Made by a program: the position numbers and the translations under genes. DNA of 64,000 nt, taken from positions 160,001-224,000 of the forward strand of contig CAWFJP010000011.1 in NCBI GenBank assembly GCA_963816145.1, given 5' to 3'. Origin of the DNA: an uncultured delta proteobacterium. Lineage in GTDB: Bacteria; Desulfobacterota; Binatia; UBA9968. The notes beneath the pieces are model-generated. The model had not been told where the DNA came from, ran no database searches, and worked only from the letters and a program-made list of their open reading frames with translations. Positions 45,048 through 55,939 of this stretch are shown here, piece after piece. Each line of letters starts with the position of its first letter. Within the stretch, counting starts at the first letter, position 1.

Positions 45048-46811
45048 CTAGTGGCGCAGATATAGGGCCATGCCGACACTGATCAGAATGATCGGGATTT
45101 GTAACAGCACGTCGGGATGTTGGTTGTAGAAGGTCCACCTGTCCTGAGCCTGGTGCTCTTCCCCAATCTGCCGGCTAGCCAGCAGCGCTTTGATGGAGAT
45201 TCCCAGAACGAGCGGTAAAGGATTGATCCACACGCCTTTTCGTAGAAAGAAGTTTGCAACGGCAAACATGGCCCAGGTCAATCCGGCGAGTATAATTAGA
45301 TTTAACACTAGAATGCCAAGGGAACGAAAATACGCCGGTGCCTTGACGAAGATTCCTCCCAGGGAACTTGCGGGCAGTTGATCCCTAGCTCGCCGCGCGC
45401 GCCCGTAGGCTTTCCAACTCCATGCGAACAGCACTCCGAGGAGCGAACCGAGCAAAACGTCAAGCCAGAATGCGATGACATGGTTGACACCAATGGCGCC
45501 ATGCACGTTGCTGTAATAGACAGCGCCATTAAAAGCGACCTCCGGGACATCCTTAGAGGTTAACAGATTCACACGGAGTAAATCATCACCGAGGAACACC
45601 ACTCTACCTTCTAAACCAGCCGGAATGATTTTGGCTATCGGTTCGTCCCGGCGAAGATTTGCAAGATCAAGGAATGCGATGTGGGCCAATGTCTCGTGGT
45701 ACTGACTGCTAATCGTGCCGATTCCCCCAAAGTCCCGCGGAAAAGTCATGAGGGCGATCTTCTCCATGAGCGCATTTATTTCTTCGCGAAGATTGCGCGA
45801 GCTTGACGGGCTACCGATCAGGCGAATAGCAAACGAATCCCGAAACAGCGTACAAGCGTCCAAGGCTGGATCGATAGCGTTCTGGATCTGTTGGATGTCA
45901 GGTTGCCGTTTGGGCAGCGCTCGTCGCGAGACCTCGTAAACAACATTCCCGAGCGTTGGGATACCTCGGTCGAAGATAACTCCGTCGCCTCGGCCGCTAT
46001 CACGCGGCGGCACGTCATAAGCGATATGCAGGTTTGGGATCCGACACAAGTCGACGATCCATTCCAGCCGCCTTAACAACGCGCGCTGTTCAAAGGCAGG
46101 GCCGTCGTTCAGGATCGCCTGAAACTCGCTGGCAATTAAGGGTAGCGGTGACGTTTTCACGACGACGGTGGTTTTTTTCGTCGCATCGGCTAGCGCCTGG
46201 CTGACGGCAGATCGAGCCTGCATCGCCTTACGTATGCTTTCAGCGGGGGGAGCCGTGTCATCGGGAAGCGAACCGCAGCCGCCTGGTGTGGCGGAGGTTG
46301 ATGGGATTTCAAACCCTGGGACGACAGTGCTGCGCGACGCCTCAACGTTGACGGCGCGGAGGTAGTCACATTCGGGATCATTCAGCCGAGGGTCGTCCCA
46401 TTTGGGATCGAGAGAATCCAAATTAATCGCCAACACACGAGGCTCTTGCGCTGCGGCGGCTTGAATGAGTAGTGCGGCTAAAGCAGCGGGATATAGCCGC
46501 TCCAACTTCGCCTGCGCAGGAAGCCGAGGAACGATTAATACGAGAGGACGATCTTTCGCGGCGTGGGGATTCCACTCCGGGCGAAATCCTTTGGCTTGAA
46601 TGTCTTTGCGCACTTTATCGTCCTCCTGCGCCTGAAAGTAAGTCATAAACATACGCGTGGCTAAATCGAACGGCTCAAACCAGCGCGTCTGCTCCAAAGC
46701 CACGGTCGCGGAAGCAAGGGTCATAGCCAGGAGCACATGGTGGACGAATGAATAAAATTTTGTCCACGTGAGGCGAAAAAAAGGGGCCTTTTCTTGGTTA
46801 ACCATAGTCAT
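45048..46811 (-). CDS. Membrane protein with CHASE2-like extracytoplasmic domain
   Basis: N-terminal TM, LAALLIQAAAAQEPRVLAINLD, LEGRVVFLG, and several C-terminal TMs; no output domain. Confidence 0.55.
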   Translation of the reverse strand: MTMVNQEKAPFFRLTWTKFYSFVHHVLLAMTLASATVALEQTRWFEPFDLATRMFMTYFQAQEDDKVRKDIQAKGFRPEWNPHAAKDRPLVLIVPRLPAQAKLERLYPAALAALLIQAAAAQEPRVLAINLDSLDPKWDDPRLNDPECDYLRAVNVEASRSTVVPGFEIPSTSATPGGCGSLPDDTAPPAESIRKAMQARSAVSQALADATKKTTVVVKTSPLPLIASEFQAILNDGPAFEQRALLRRLEWIVDLCRIPNLHIAYDVPPRDSGRGDGVIFDRGIPTLGNVVYEVSRRALPKRQPDIQQIQNAIDPALDACTLFRDSFAIRLIGSPSSSRNLREEINALMEKIALMTFPRDFGGIGTISSQYHETLAHIAFLDLANLRRDEPIAKIIPAGLEGRVVFLGDDLLRVNLLTSKDVPEVAFNGAVYYSNVHGAIGVNHVIAFWLDVLLGSLLGVLFAWSWKAYGRARRARDQLPASSLGGIFVKAPAYFRSLGILVLNLIILAGLTWAMFAVANFFLRKGVWINPLPLVLGISIKALLASRQIGEEHQAQDRWTFYNQHPDVLLQIPIILISVGMALYLRH

Positions 46812-47061
46812 TTTGCCGATGCCAATGCAGGAAACTGTCTTCGGCGCACATGTTGATCGAGCGACGGGCCGGAAACGATCGGAGAATATTAACCGAGCTC
46901 ACCTAATGTCAAGCATAGATCCAGGATTGCGATCCTGAGCTCCAAATACACCGCCAGCGGAAAAGTGTCAGGCAAACTTTCGAGCACGATAGCCCCCGAT
47001 TATGCACACGGGATTCTCGCTCGAATGAGTTCGCCTTGCGGCTGACAAGAGAAACACCGCC

Positions 47062-48513
47062 TTAATTCTTACGCTTGCTCTTTGCTTCATTGATAAAAGG
47101 CTCAAAGCTTTTCTTTAACGCTGGATCAAGCTCGAAGGCTTTCTTGAAATCGCTCTCCGCCTCGGCGTCTCTGCGCAGATAGAGGTGGGATATTCCCCGC
47201 CCCGCGTAGGCCCGAGCGTACTGTGGATCAATGCGCAGGGCTGCATCGTAATCCTGGATCGCGCGCTGCTGTTGCCCAAGCATGTTGTAGGCACCACCGC
47301 GGTTGCTGTAAGCGCTTGCCGAGCGTGGGTTGATACGGATGGTCTCGTCAAAATCCTGGATCGCACGTTGATATTGGCTAAGAGTGCTATACGCGAGTCC
47401 CCGCCGGTAGTAGGCCTCGTCCATTCGCGGGTTGAGACGGAGCGCCTCGTCGTAATGAGAGATCGCCTCTTTATGTTGCCCTGCTAATTGGAGTCGTAAC
47501 GCCTCATCGAAGGGGTTCACTCCCCTCCTCTCGGGCTTGGCCGCAGGCTTGTTTTGACGCTTGGCTATCGCTTGCTTGATCAACGGCTCAAAAGTCTCCT
47601 CTAAATTCGGATCGAGATCGAAGGCTTTCTTGAAATCACTCCCCGCTTCAGCGTCTCTGCCGAGATCGAGCAAGGCTAACCCTCTGTCGGTGTAGGCACG
47701 AGCATAACGCGGATTTATCCGGATGGCTTCGCTGTGGTCCTGAATCGCCTGCTGGTACTGCCCAAGATTTCGGTAGGCAATACCCCGGTTGTGGTAAGCT
47801 GCAGCATCGCGGGGGTCGAACCGGATCGCCTCGCCATAGTCCTGGATCGCGCGCTGGTATTGCTCAAGCTTTCTATAGGCATTACCTCGGTTGAAGTAGG
47901 CCTTAGCGTAGCGAGGGTTGAGCCGGATCGCCTCGTCGTAATCTTGGATGGCACGCTGGTTTTGCCCAAGATCGTTACGGGCATTGCCCCGGTTGTAGTA
48001 GGACTCGGGTAAGCGGGGGTTCAACCGGATCGCCTCGTCGTAATCTTGAATGGCACGCTGGTTTTGCCCAAGATTCTTATAGGCACTTCCCCGATTGGTG
48101 TAGGCACCCGCATGGTGAGGGTTGAGTCGGATCGCCTCGTCGTAATCTTGGATGGCACGCTGGTTTTGCCCAAGATTCTTATAGGCAACACCCCGGTTGC
48201 TGTAGGCATCCGCATCGCGAGGGTTGAGTCGAATCACCTCGTCGTAATCTTGGATGGCACGCTGGTATTGCCCAAGATTTTTATAGGCGATACCTCGGTT
48301 GTGGTAGGCATCAACATGGCGCGGATTCAGCCGGATCGCCTCATCAAAACGCGAGATCGCCTCGCGGTTCCGTCCGGCTTTGAGAAGATCTGTGCCTCGA
48401 TTGTAGGCCTCAACCGCCGCGTTACTCGCTGTCTGCGCCCAAACGAGACCCGGCAGCGTGCGGCCAGTGACAATCACTACGAATAGGACAATGCCTGCTC
48501 GCGTAAGCTTCAC
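47062..48513 (-). CDS. Secreted TPR-repeat protein
   Basis: Signal peptide and ~12 34-aa repeats (AYxNRG.AY..LGQYQRAIQDYDEAIRLNP), visible as 102-bp DNA repeats. Confidence 0.93.
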   Translation of the reverse strand: MKLTRAGIVLFVVIVTGRTLPGLVWAQTASNAAVEAYNRGTDLLKAGRNREAISRFDEAIRLNPRHVDAYHNRGIAYKNLGQYQRAIQDYDEVIRLNPRDADAYSNRGVAYKNLGQNQRAIQDYDEAIRLNPHHAGAYTNRGSAYKNLGQNQRAIQDYDEAIRLNPRLPESYYNRGNARNDLGQNQRAIQDYDEAIRLNPRYAKAYFNRGNAYRKLEQYQRAIQDYGEAIRFDPRDAAAYHNRGIAYRNLGQYQQAIQDHSEAIRINPRYARAYTDRGLALLDLGRDAEAGSDFKKAFDLDPNLEETFEPLIKQAIAKRQNKPAAKPERRGVNPFDEALRLQLAGQHKEAISHYDEALRLNPRMDEAYYRRGLAYSTLSQYQRAIQDFDETIRINPRSASAYSNRGGAYNMLGQQQRAIQDYDAALRIDPQYARAYAGRGISHLYLRRDAEAESDFKKAFELDPALKKSFEPFINEAKSKRKN

Positions 48514-48706
48514 AGTTCGCCTCCGAATTCCTTCTAGCCAACTGAGTTGAAAGTCTCGTTACCTCAACGATAAGGAAATGTCTATCTCTGCCTGCGAGCC
48601 GACGCAAGTTTGACATCATACCGGTGATCGGAATATCTTCCTTCGGCTAAAACAGGTCCACCTTATCCCGTGATCACCGTCAACGAACACTAACCCATCC
48701 GCTATC

Positions 48707-49909
48707 GTGATGTTCCCCATGAGAATTCGGTTTTCTCTGTTCGAGGGCGATTGGGTCAACCGCCTCTTCGCGTCCATAGGGGTGGGAGGTCGGCGGGCCC
48801 GCGATCTAGCAGCGCGTTGTCTCATACTCGTAGGGATCACGTGGATCCCGCTCGCCGTGCTGGCATTTCTAGGCGGCGTAGGCAAAGGACCTGGAGGTGA
48901 GAATTTTTTCAAAGACATTGCGGCCTATATGCAGCTTATTCTGGGGCTGCCGCTGTTCGTCGTAGCGGAGCGCATCGTCTCAGCGCATACGCGGGAAGCG
49001 GCGAGCCAATTCGTGTCAACAGGAGTGATTAGGCATCAAGACGCGGCTCGGTTAAGTAAGTTTTACAGCACCATCGAACGGTTGAGAAAATCAATAACCT
49101 CCGATCTCGTGTGCGTAGCGATAGCCTACTTCTTGAGCGTCATGACCATTTTGCCGATGCTCGATGATGAAAAACAAACATGGCATGCGTACATAACAAA
49201 GGGAGGGATACATGAAACACTCAGTGCCGCCGGCTGGTGGGAGTTTCTTGTTGCCCTTCCATTGCTGAACTACTGGTGGCTGCGGTGGATTTGGAAGATC
49301 GTTCTGTGGTCCTGGTACCTGTTCCACTTGTCCCGATTCCGCCTCAGGCTGCTTGCTTCCCACCCCGATCGTACAGGCGGCATTGGGTTTCTCAGCGATG
49401 TGCAAACACGATTCGGCCTGGTGATTTTCGCTTACGGGATTACCAACGTGGCGTCAACCATCGCATACAAGATGGCATTCGAAGGCGCTACTCTCGCGCA
49501 TCATTCAGTCTGGGGTCCCCTCGTGGGATTCGTGATTGGCGCGCCGCTTTTATTCACGATACCGCTCCTCATGTTCACGAGACCGCTCCATCGCGCTAAG
49601 AAGCGGGCGGTTGAACGGTATCATAAAAGAGCCATCGAACGCGCTCTGGCCTTTGAACAAAAATGGTTAGAGCCGCGCTCACACGGAAGGTACGAACCGG
49701 TTGGAGACGCCGAGCTGATCGGTTTGAGTAACCTCAACGCTGTGTACGACCATATTAGAAAGATGCGCGTTGTCCCGATTGACGTCCGGTCGTTCTTGGA
49801 GTTGACGATGCAAACGGCCGGGTCACTGGCGCCCCTGCTGCCCTATCTTGATATCCCGGAACCAAACCTCAAGATGCTGGAGAGTCTGTACAAAGCGCTA
49901 ACGCACTAG
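48707..49909 (+). CDS. Polytopic membrane hypothetical protein
   Basis: 400-aa ORF with multiple TMs; motifs HPDRTGGIGFL and MRVVPID. Confidence 0.75.
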   Translation: MMFPMRIRFSLFEGDWVNRLFASIGVGGRRARDLAARCLILVGITWIPLAVLAFLGGVGKGPGGENFFKDIAAYMQLILGLPLFVVAERIVSAHTREAASQFVSTGVIRHQDAARLSKFYSTIERLRKSITSDLVCVAIAYFLSVMTILPMLDDEKQTWHAYITKGGIHETLSAAGWWEFLVALPLLNYWWLRWIWKIVLWSWYLFHLSRFRLRLLASHPDRTGGIGFLSDVQTRFGLVIFAYGITNVASTIAYKMAFEGATLAHHSVWGPLVGFVIGAPLLFTIPLLMFTRPLHRAKKRAVERYHKRAIERALAFEQKWLEPRSHGRYEPVGDAELIGLSNLNAVYDHIRKMRVVPIDVRSFLELTMQTAGSLAPLLPYLDIPEPNLKMLESLYKALTH

Positions 49910-50058
49910 ATTTGCGCGAACTTTAGGATCGCGCAACGCGCTTGCTGAGTGCTGCGAATGTTGGACTGGGCACAGAGCGGGTCTTCGGGCGGTTTGACTG
50001 AGGAAAGGTTTTCACCGGCCGACTGGATATCTTTAGCCGTCATGACGAGAGCAATTCC

Positions 50059-50481
50059 CTAGCCAAGCAAATTGAAGCCGGTGGCAAAGGTTGCGAGCAC
50101 CCAAGCAATACCGGCAAGCATCGCGGAGAAAAGTTTTACACGCAACAGGAGGAGCCATTTGAGGCCGAGCGCGATGACGCTCGCAACCGCAGGCGTTAGC
50201 ACGACCCAAACGAGCCAATCAGAGGGAGCACTAGACGCCGCGTCGAGCTTTCTTGCGAGCCAGTAACCTCCTGCACCGAATGAAAATACGTAAATCACTA
50301 TGCCGAGCCACGTGGCTTCTTTCCCGATGCGCCCGAGAGTATTGATAAAGGCGATGAAGATGCCTTTTATGAGGTCCGGTTTCCTGCTCTCGCTCTTGAG
50401 AGGCGTTTGAAGATGATCCGACGAGCTGAGGCAGGTTGGCAAACGACGCTCAAACCACGAGATTCGAGCACGATCTGGCAT
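50059..50481 (-). CDS. Small membrane hypothetical protein (start uncertain)
   Basis: Three hydrophobic helices in the C-terminal part. Confidence 0.5.
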   Translation of the reverse strand: MPDRARISWFERRLPTCLSSSDHLQTPLKSESRKPDLIKGIFIAFINTLGRIGKEATWLGIVIYVFSFGAGGYWLARKLDAASSAPSDWLVWVVLTPAVASVIALGLKWLLLLRVKLFSAMLAGIAWVLATFATGFNLLG

Positions 50482-50494
50482 CGCTTCGGCCCTC

Positions 50495-50541
50495 AGTGAT
50501 CACCCAAAACCGGCCATTAGTGATCACTTCAAAACCGGCCA
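50495..50541 (+). mobile_element. Orphan IS21-family end (tandem transposase-binding repeats)
   Basis: AGTGATCACCCAAAACCGGCCA-TT-AGTGATCACTTCAAAACCGGCCA; no adjacent transposase. Confidence 0.7.
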
Positions 50542-50833
50542 ACGGTAGAAGGGTTCGAGACATTGACAGCGCAGCGAAGCCTTTTAGTTTTCCCGGTTAG
50601 ATTCAATTTGGTACTTTCTTGTTCCGCGGCAGTCATTGATGATGTTTGGGAAATGATCGCGTTCGATTCGATGGTCACAAACCGCAGGGGGCTGGGAACT
50701 TTTTCACTCACAGCCTATCTAAGCCAAAAGCGTGATCGAGTTGCCGCCCTCCGTTCGGAAGGCGAGGTTGGATAGAATAAGGATTCAAGGCTGATCGTAA
50801 TTGCCGATTCCTCATACCCCAATGGCACATGTT

Positions 50834-51151
50834 ATGCCAAAGTTTCGAGCGTCAACGGCAACAATTTTGTTGCTCTCGTTGTCGGCGTCGGCGGCGGCCT
50901 GCCTGGGAACAAGCTCTGCGCAACCTCGCGCTGGTCAAAAACAACCGGTAGCCGAAGAGTCCATCGGGACCGCGATGATGAAAGACGATGGGACGATCGT
51001 CCTGCGACTCCGAGCGAAATCCTCCAGCGGCGCGTTGGGCGAGGGAGTCTTGACCTATCCCCCAAGTCATCCCGAATATAAGAATGTTCTTTCCCATATC
51101 GGCCCGATTCGTGTAGGTCAAATAGTCCCTGTAAGGCCGTGGCCGGATTGA
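50834..51151 (+). CDS. Small exported hypothetical protein
   Basis: Signal peptide, then SIGTAMMKDDGTIVLRLRA...YPPSHPEY...VRPWPD. Confidence 0.7.
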   Translation: MPKFRASTATILLLSLSASAAACLGTSSAQPRAGQKQPVAEESIGTAMMKDDGTIVLRLRAKSSSGALGEGVLTYPPSHPEYKNVLSHIGPIRVGQIVPVRPWPD

Positions 51152-51253
51152 TGTTTGGGTGATCTGTCTGAAACTGGTGACCAAGAACAGATGCGTAACT
51201 CGGTAGCGCAACTTGCGCCCTTCGTTAAAATAGTCCAAGCGGAGGTTCATACC

Positions 51254-52044
51254 ATGAGCAAACAATTTTATTGTCGCGTCATCGGATCAATCGCTCTTGC
51301 CGGGAGCATCGCGTTAGCGACGTCGGCGTCGGGCGAAACACCATCACCGGACCCCACCGATCGCATGACGCGGTATGGTCTGACGGTTCACGACGTTGAA
51401 GACGTTGACCGCGCGGTCCCCGACGCTTTCAAGAATTTATCGGAGATTTGGACCAAATTTTCACTGAGCATCGTCTCAATTATCGGAGCCCCACACTGAA
51501 ACGCTACGTGCGTGATCGTGTAGCGCGCTGCGAATCTCACTTTCTCTCCGTTGGCAACGCGTTCTACTGCCAATCCGACGACATCATTTGGTACGACCCG
51601 ATCTTTCTGGCTCGAGTAAAAAAAGTTGTCGAGAACCGCAGCAAGCAGCGTGCGGACTCCGTGCCGTCTCTGATTATTGCTCACGAGTGGGGACATGCGA
51701 TATCCGCGCGATTTGGATTTGGTAAGCAAACGACAGGAACTAATGTGGAAAACGATGCCGACTGCTACGCCGGCGCGGCGACCCGCGAGCTCATCAATGC
51801 GCGACGACTTCCCGCCACAGCAATCCGGCAAGCAGAGCAAATGTTCGAAGCGAAGGCAGAGCCGGACTCCTGGGCGACCGGGACGTTCACGGATATCCTT
51901 TCCCGATCGCACGGCGTCAAATCCGAGCGCAAGCTGGTTTTCAACTTTGGCGCGGAATTGGGAACCAAAAGTTGCCAAAACGAAAAACGCTATTACGACA
52001 GTCTGCGCAAAGTGCAGAAGCCAATAGTCAAGCAGACACTGTGA
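51254..52044 (+). CDS. Neutral zinc metallopeptidase (YpfJ-like); frameshift near 51460
   Basis: RBS GGAGG and signal peptide in the first frame; NAFYC, IIAHEWGHAI, ENDADCYAG and SHG in the second. Confidence 0.8.
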
Positions 52045-52520
52045 ACTGATTAGAGGTGTACGCGATCTCCCCTCGCACAATCCCGATCGGTGCCCCCAGC
52101 AAAGAAAAATCGGCGATGGTCAACGGTTGCAACTCGGACAGTTCTTCTTGCGTCATGATCTCGACACACGCGCGCGACTCCATCAGCAACCGCCCCAATT
52201 GATTTTGACCGCTCAAGACCCCATCTTCTTGCTCGACCGCACCCCAGAAGCGGTCATTACGAGACTTTTCAACTATCGGTCTGTTTCCTGTCCCCCGCAA
52301 TAACCTGGATATTCGATGGTACTGCTGAGCAAGTTTTACGCTCAGTACCCAGTGCATCACTTCTACCTCGATTTCATCCCAATCCGATCTGGAGTGACAC
52401 TTTCGCCTGCCGTCTTTCTTTGATTTCGTCTTTCCCGCCATAGGGTTTTGCTGACTGATGATTTCTCGCTGCCACTCCGGTTGGCGCGGGAAGCGACAGG
52501 CTTGATACAACACTTCGTTG
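52028..52520 (-). pseudogene. NADAR (YbiA-like) family protein, N-terminally truncated
   Basis: EVLYQACRF, RSDWDEI...M...K..Q, LLRGTGNRPIVE.S..DRFWG, GQNQLGRLLME. Confidence 0.85.
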
Positions 52521-52542
52521 GCACCGAGAACAGTTCGGCCAG

Positions 52543-53139
52543 ATGCCAGGTTTTTCGGACAATCCGCGCGTCCAACAAAGCCTAGCCGCTGGTGAAGTGC
52601 GGGACTGGCGCGGGAAGGTTCGCAGCTACGCAGTATTACAATACGTGCCGGGCCTCGTGCTCGATGCCTGGCTGGAGACAGCACCGACAACTCGGTTGCC
52701 AGTTCAGAGTCTTCTGGAGCAGATTTTCATGGACATGGTTATTCCGTTGTGGAGCCTTGGACATCGAGGTTGGGATCTTCGCTCAGGAAACATGATTGTC
52801 GATCCGGGAACACAACAACTCACACTGATCGACACCGATTCCTACCAAAATACATTCGCCGAGGTGACCGGTAGCGACCTAGGCTGGGACAGGCGCGACG
52901 ATTTCGAGGGCAAATTCTTTCGCCGGGGAGTTGGCAGACTCGTAAACCGGATTCGCCAGGGCAAGCAAAAAACTGCCGTCCGCAAGAAAAGCGAGCTGCG
53001 AATTGTCAGCGTGTTGGAGGGTTCGGGATTTCGGGCCGCGTTGCATGACCTCGGACGACCGGGCACTGAGCCCGGCACAGCCGCAATAGCCCGGCAAGCT
53101 TGTGTTCAATTCCTGGATCAGTTGGAGATAATGATCTGA
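52543..53139 (+). CDS. Protein-kinase-like fold fragment
   Basis: YAVLQYVPG hinge, WDLRSGNMIV catalytic-loop-like and LIDTD DFG-like segments; N-lobe missing. Confidence 0.45.
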   Translation: MPGFSDNPRVQQSLAAGEVRDWRGKVRSYAVLQYVPGLVLDAWLETAPTTRLPVQSLLEQIFMDMVIPLWSLGHRGWDLRSGNMIVDPGTQQLTLIDTDSYQNTFAEVTGSDLGWDRRDDFEGKFFRRGVGRLVNRIRQGKQKTAVRKKSELRIVSVLEGSGFRAALHDLGRPGTEPGTAAIARQACVQFLDQLEIMI

Positions 53140-53156
53140 TCCAGAGTCACTGCAGA

Positions 53157-53654
53157 TCATTTTCGCCGTTCGTTTTCTTGCTCACGAAGGTATTTCAACA
53201 TTCTTATCGGACCGTTCTTGTCCTCGCCCGCGACAGCGACAACAGTCTCAATAAACCTGATAAACCCCGGCGGTGTCGTGTCCAGCACGTTACTGCCCTC
53301 ACATTTCATGCTGCAGTTTCCCTTTGAGACCGAGAGCTGCCAGTGCTGTCCACCGAGAACCTTGACCTTATCCGTCCAGGCGTAATTCCCGGCCCATTCC
53401 CAGGCCCGAAGCTCTTGCACGGTACTCCAGAACGATTGCCATTGAGCGGCCGACATCATGATCGCCATGCGCTTTTCGTTTGGCTTAAAACCGGGGGTTG
53501 GAAAGATCTCGATAGGCGGCAGGACTTGGCGGTAAATCAACTGATTGTCCTACCACTGTAAGGACCAACTGGCGCTTCGCGTGGCGGAGACCAGCTCAAA
53601 CAGCTCCGGCCACGGCTCACTTTTTCGCAGCAATCGCTTCATGGAGTCAAACAT
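53157..53654 (-). pseudogene. Hypothetical protein with in-frame TAG at 53550-53552
   Basis: ATG at 53654 after GGAAGG is in frame with ORF 53157..53540 across one stop. Confidence 0.5.
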
Positions 53655-53866
53655 TGTCACCTTCCGTAAGTAAATCTTAGTCCGCCGCAACGTTCATGGT
53701 CGGCTAGAGAAATACGAAGGTGAGATCCCCTTGGGGCGCCATGGCCGACTCTTTCACGCGGGGCCGATGATTGACCGCAACGGGCAATCGAGACCTGCAC
53801 ATCATCGCCCATCAAAGTCGGCCACATGCGAGGCCGGCCTTACCTGCGCAACCATTATGTCGACCG

Positions 53867-54115
53867 CTATGAGGAAGTACAGCGCGTCGGCGCGAGATAT
53901 TCCCCCAGTGGTGTGTTTCCAGACCCAACATGCCGGAGGAAATCCGGCAGCCACAGCGCCACGGCAAGAATGAGATTCTCACGGCGAGCTACATGCTTTT
54001 CTCCGAGAAGGCTGTCGCAGGACTTACCACTGAAGGTTTGCACCAGGAATAGAATCACACCGATCCCAATGTAGCTGCCAACAATGCCTTGAATGATTTT
54101 ACCCATCTTGGTCAT
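53867..54115 (-). CDS. Small membrane-anchored protein, paralog of 61791..62219
   Basis: IVGSYIGIG...SC...VALWLPDFL...GN...Y....RC. Confidence 0.65.
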   Translation of the reverse strand: MTKMGKIIQGIVGSYIGIGVILFLVQTFSGKSCDSLLGEKHVARRENLILAVALWLPDFLRHVGSGNTPLGEYLAPTRCTSS

Positions 54116-54169
54116 CGCCGCCTTTCTCGGTTGGGCGTACATGCTTTCAGCACTTCACCAGATCATGAC

Positions 54170-54754
54170 TTAAGGACGATAGATGTGTATTGTTCCGAGT
54201 TCTCCTACTTCGATTGACAACGTGTTCGTCGCATCATCATACGCCAACTCGGCCTGCATTGGCTCGGCCGGCGAATAGTCTCCGGATCGGTATACCTCCT
54301 GGCACATCAAACCGACACCATCACATTCAAAGAGTGCGTAGTTGTTGTCCATCAGAGCTGTAATGCCCGACAGATAGTAAACCCGCCCACGCGCCCTCAG
54401 ACTGTCCAAGGGTGTCATCAGTGAGATCAGGGCCGGGAAGCAAGCCCCGAGAAAAACTAGGCTCGCCAGCAAGAGCAGTCCGCTCGGCAGTGCCGCAGAC
54501 CGGGCCGACGATTCCCGCCGGACGAGTCGCACGAGCCAGACTGCTGAAGCGCTGAAGAAACCCGCGAAACTGACAATGGTCAGCGGCAAAACCGTCCAGT
54601 CCATCGCGACAAATAGCCAATACGGGCCCGCGCGATCGCCCCAAATAAAGGCACGTTTCCACAGCCAGGCGATGGCGAAATAAACGATCGCTAAAACGAA
54701 GACAATCCAGGGTAGGTACTTTGTGAATTGAACACGTGATATTGGTGATCGCAT
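54170..54754 (-). CDS. Membrane hypothetical protein, cassette-like gene after attC
   Basis: ATG 14 nt after the GTTGGGC core site; three TMs plus a soluble tail. Confidence 0.7.
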   Translation of the reverse strand: MRSPISRVQFTKYLPWIVFVLAIVYFAIAWLWKRAFIWGDRAGPYWLFVAMDWTVLPLTIVSFAGFFSASAVWLVRLVRRESSARSAALPSGLLLLASLVFLGACFPALISLMTPLDSLRARGRVYYLSGITALMDNNYALFECDGVGLMCQEVYRSGDYSPAEPMQAELAYDDATNTLSIEVGELGTIHIYRP

Positions 54755-54767
54755 TGTGCTTTCGTGC

Positions 54768-54856
54768 GCCCAACGACCCGCGTGAGCGGCGCGGACCACA
54801 GTTGTAACAGGAGACACGCCACCGCCCCCCGCGTCCGCTCGACGCGAAAGTTGGGG
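54768..54856 (-). mobile_element. Integron attC site (orphan)
   Basis: Minus strand CCCCAAC...CGCGTCGAGCGGACGCGG...CCGCGCCGCTCACGCG...GTTGGGC. R boxes and L boxes pair with two extrahelical bases; 89 bp. Confidence 0.8.
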
Positions 54857-54908
54857 GTTTACCTTGTGCCGATTAGATTGACTGGCGGTGAAAAAGTTCC
54901 TCGCGCGG

Positions 54909-55937
54909 TTAGCGAGCGCCGGGCTGTGCGGGAGCGTTACTGTTCGGCGCAGCGGGCGGCATCAACGTGACCAGGATCGTCACGAGATCGGACGACTGGA
55001 CATCGGACTTCGCTTGTCGGGTATCGCGCTCCGCAACCGATTCCACAGTTCCCATCGATGCCAAGTCCTGTCTGAATTGCCCATACCGATCACGCGCAAT
55101 TTCAAGCACCTCATGCTGCGCCTGACCGCTCTCGATGGCGCGCTGGCGCGCTTGGTCGAGCCGCCTTGCTTGATCTTCGGATAGCGAAGCGAAAACCGCT
55201 CTCAGCGATTCTGCACGGTCAGCGCTCGCCTCTTCTTTGCGCATTGAAGGTTGGACATGGAGGCGCACCGTCAGTCGATAGTCCGGAGCCGCTTCGCCGC
55301 CGGCGCGCGCGTATTCGCGGTTCTCGAAAATCGGCGCGCCCGGCACACCGAAGGGATGGGCAGCCGAAGGCGCCGGCGGTGCAGCTTTGCGCGGTAGCGG
55401 GTCCGCAAGCGGCCGCGTCGGCTGCGCTTCCAGACTGGGCGCTGGCTCTTTTCTCGGAGCTTGCAGCGCCAATTTTGGCGCCGCATCGCTCTCAGCTTTG
55501 CGCGCCGGCTCGACTGGCGGCGGTGCACTGGTTGGTTCGCTTTTTGAAGCCAACGAATCCGGCATTGGCACAGGAGTAGTCGGCCGCTGTTCCAGCGGGC
55601 GCTCTTGCTGATAGAGAAAGACCGCGAGAACTGCGACCAGAACTACGGCCGTCGCCTGGATCGGCACGCCCATCTGAAACGGCAGCGAGAGCCAGCCCCA
55701 GAGTTTGGGCTTCGCCGCTTGTTCTTGCACATGAGCCAGCACACGCGTTTGAAAGCCCAGCGGCGGCTCGACCTGGAGCATGGCGGCAAAAAGTTTGTTC
55801 ATGCGCTCGAGCCCTTCCACCCGCACGCGACACTCCGCACAAACTGCAAGATGTTCGTCGAGGGGTGCGCTCGTCATTGAATCGAGCCGCTTATCGATAT
55901 ATTCGGAGAAAAGCTCTTGCGCCTGGTGGCATTCCAT
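54909..55937 (-). CDS. Anti-sigma factor (zf-HC2, TM, periplasmic tail)
   Basis: MECHQAQELFSEYID...HLAVCAEC, followed by a single TM. Confidence 0.88.
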   Translation of the reverse strand: MECHQAQELFSEYIDKRLDSMTSAPLDEHLAVCAECRVRVEGLERMNKLFAAMLQVEPPLGFQTRVLAHVQEQAAKPKLWGWLSLPFQMGVPIQATAVVLVAVLAVFLYQQERPLEQRPTTPVPMPDSLASKSEPTSAPPPVEPARKAESDAAPKLALQAPRKEPAPSLEAQPTRPLADPLPRKAAPPAPSAAHPFGVPGAPIFENREYARAGGEAAPDYRLTVRLHVQPSMRKEEASADRAESLRAVFASLSEDQARRLDQARQRAIESGQAQHEVLEIARDRYGQFRQDLASMGTVESVAERDTRQAKSDVQSSDLVTILVTLMPPAAPNSNAPAQPGAR

Positions 55938-55939
55938 CG

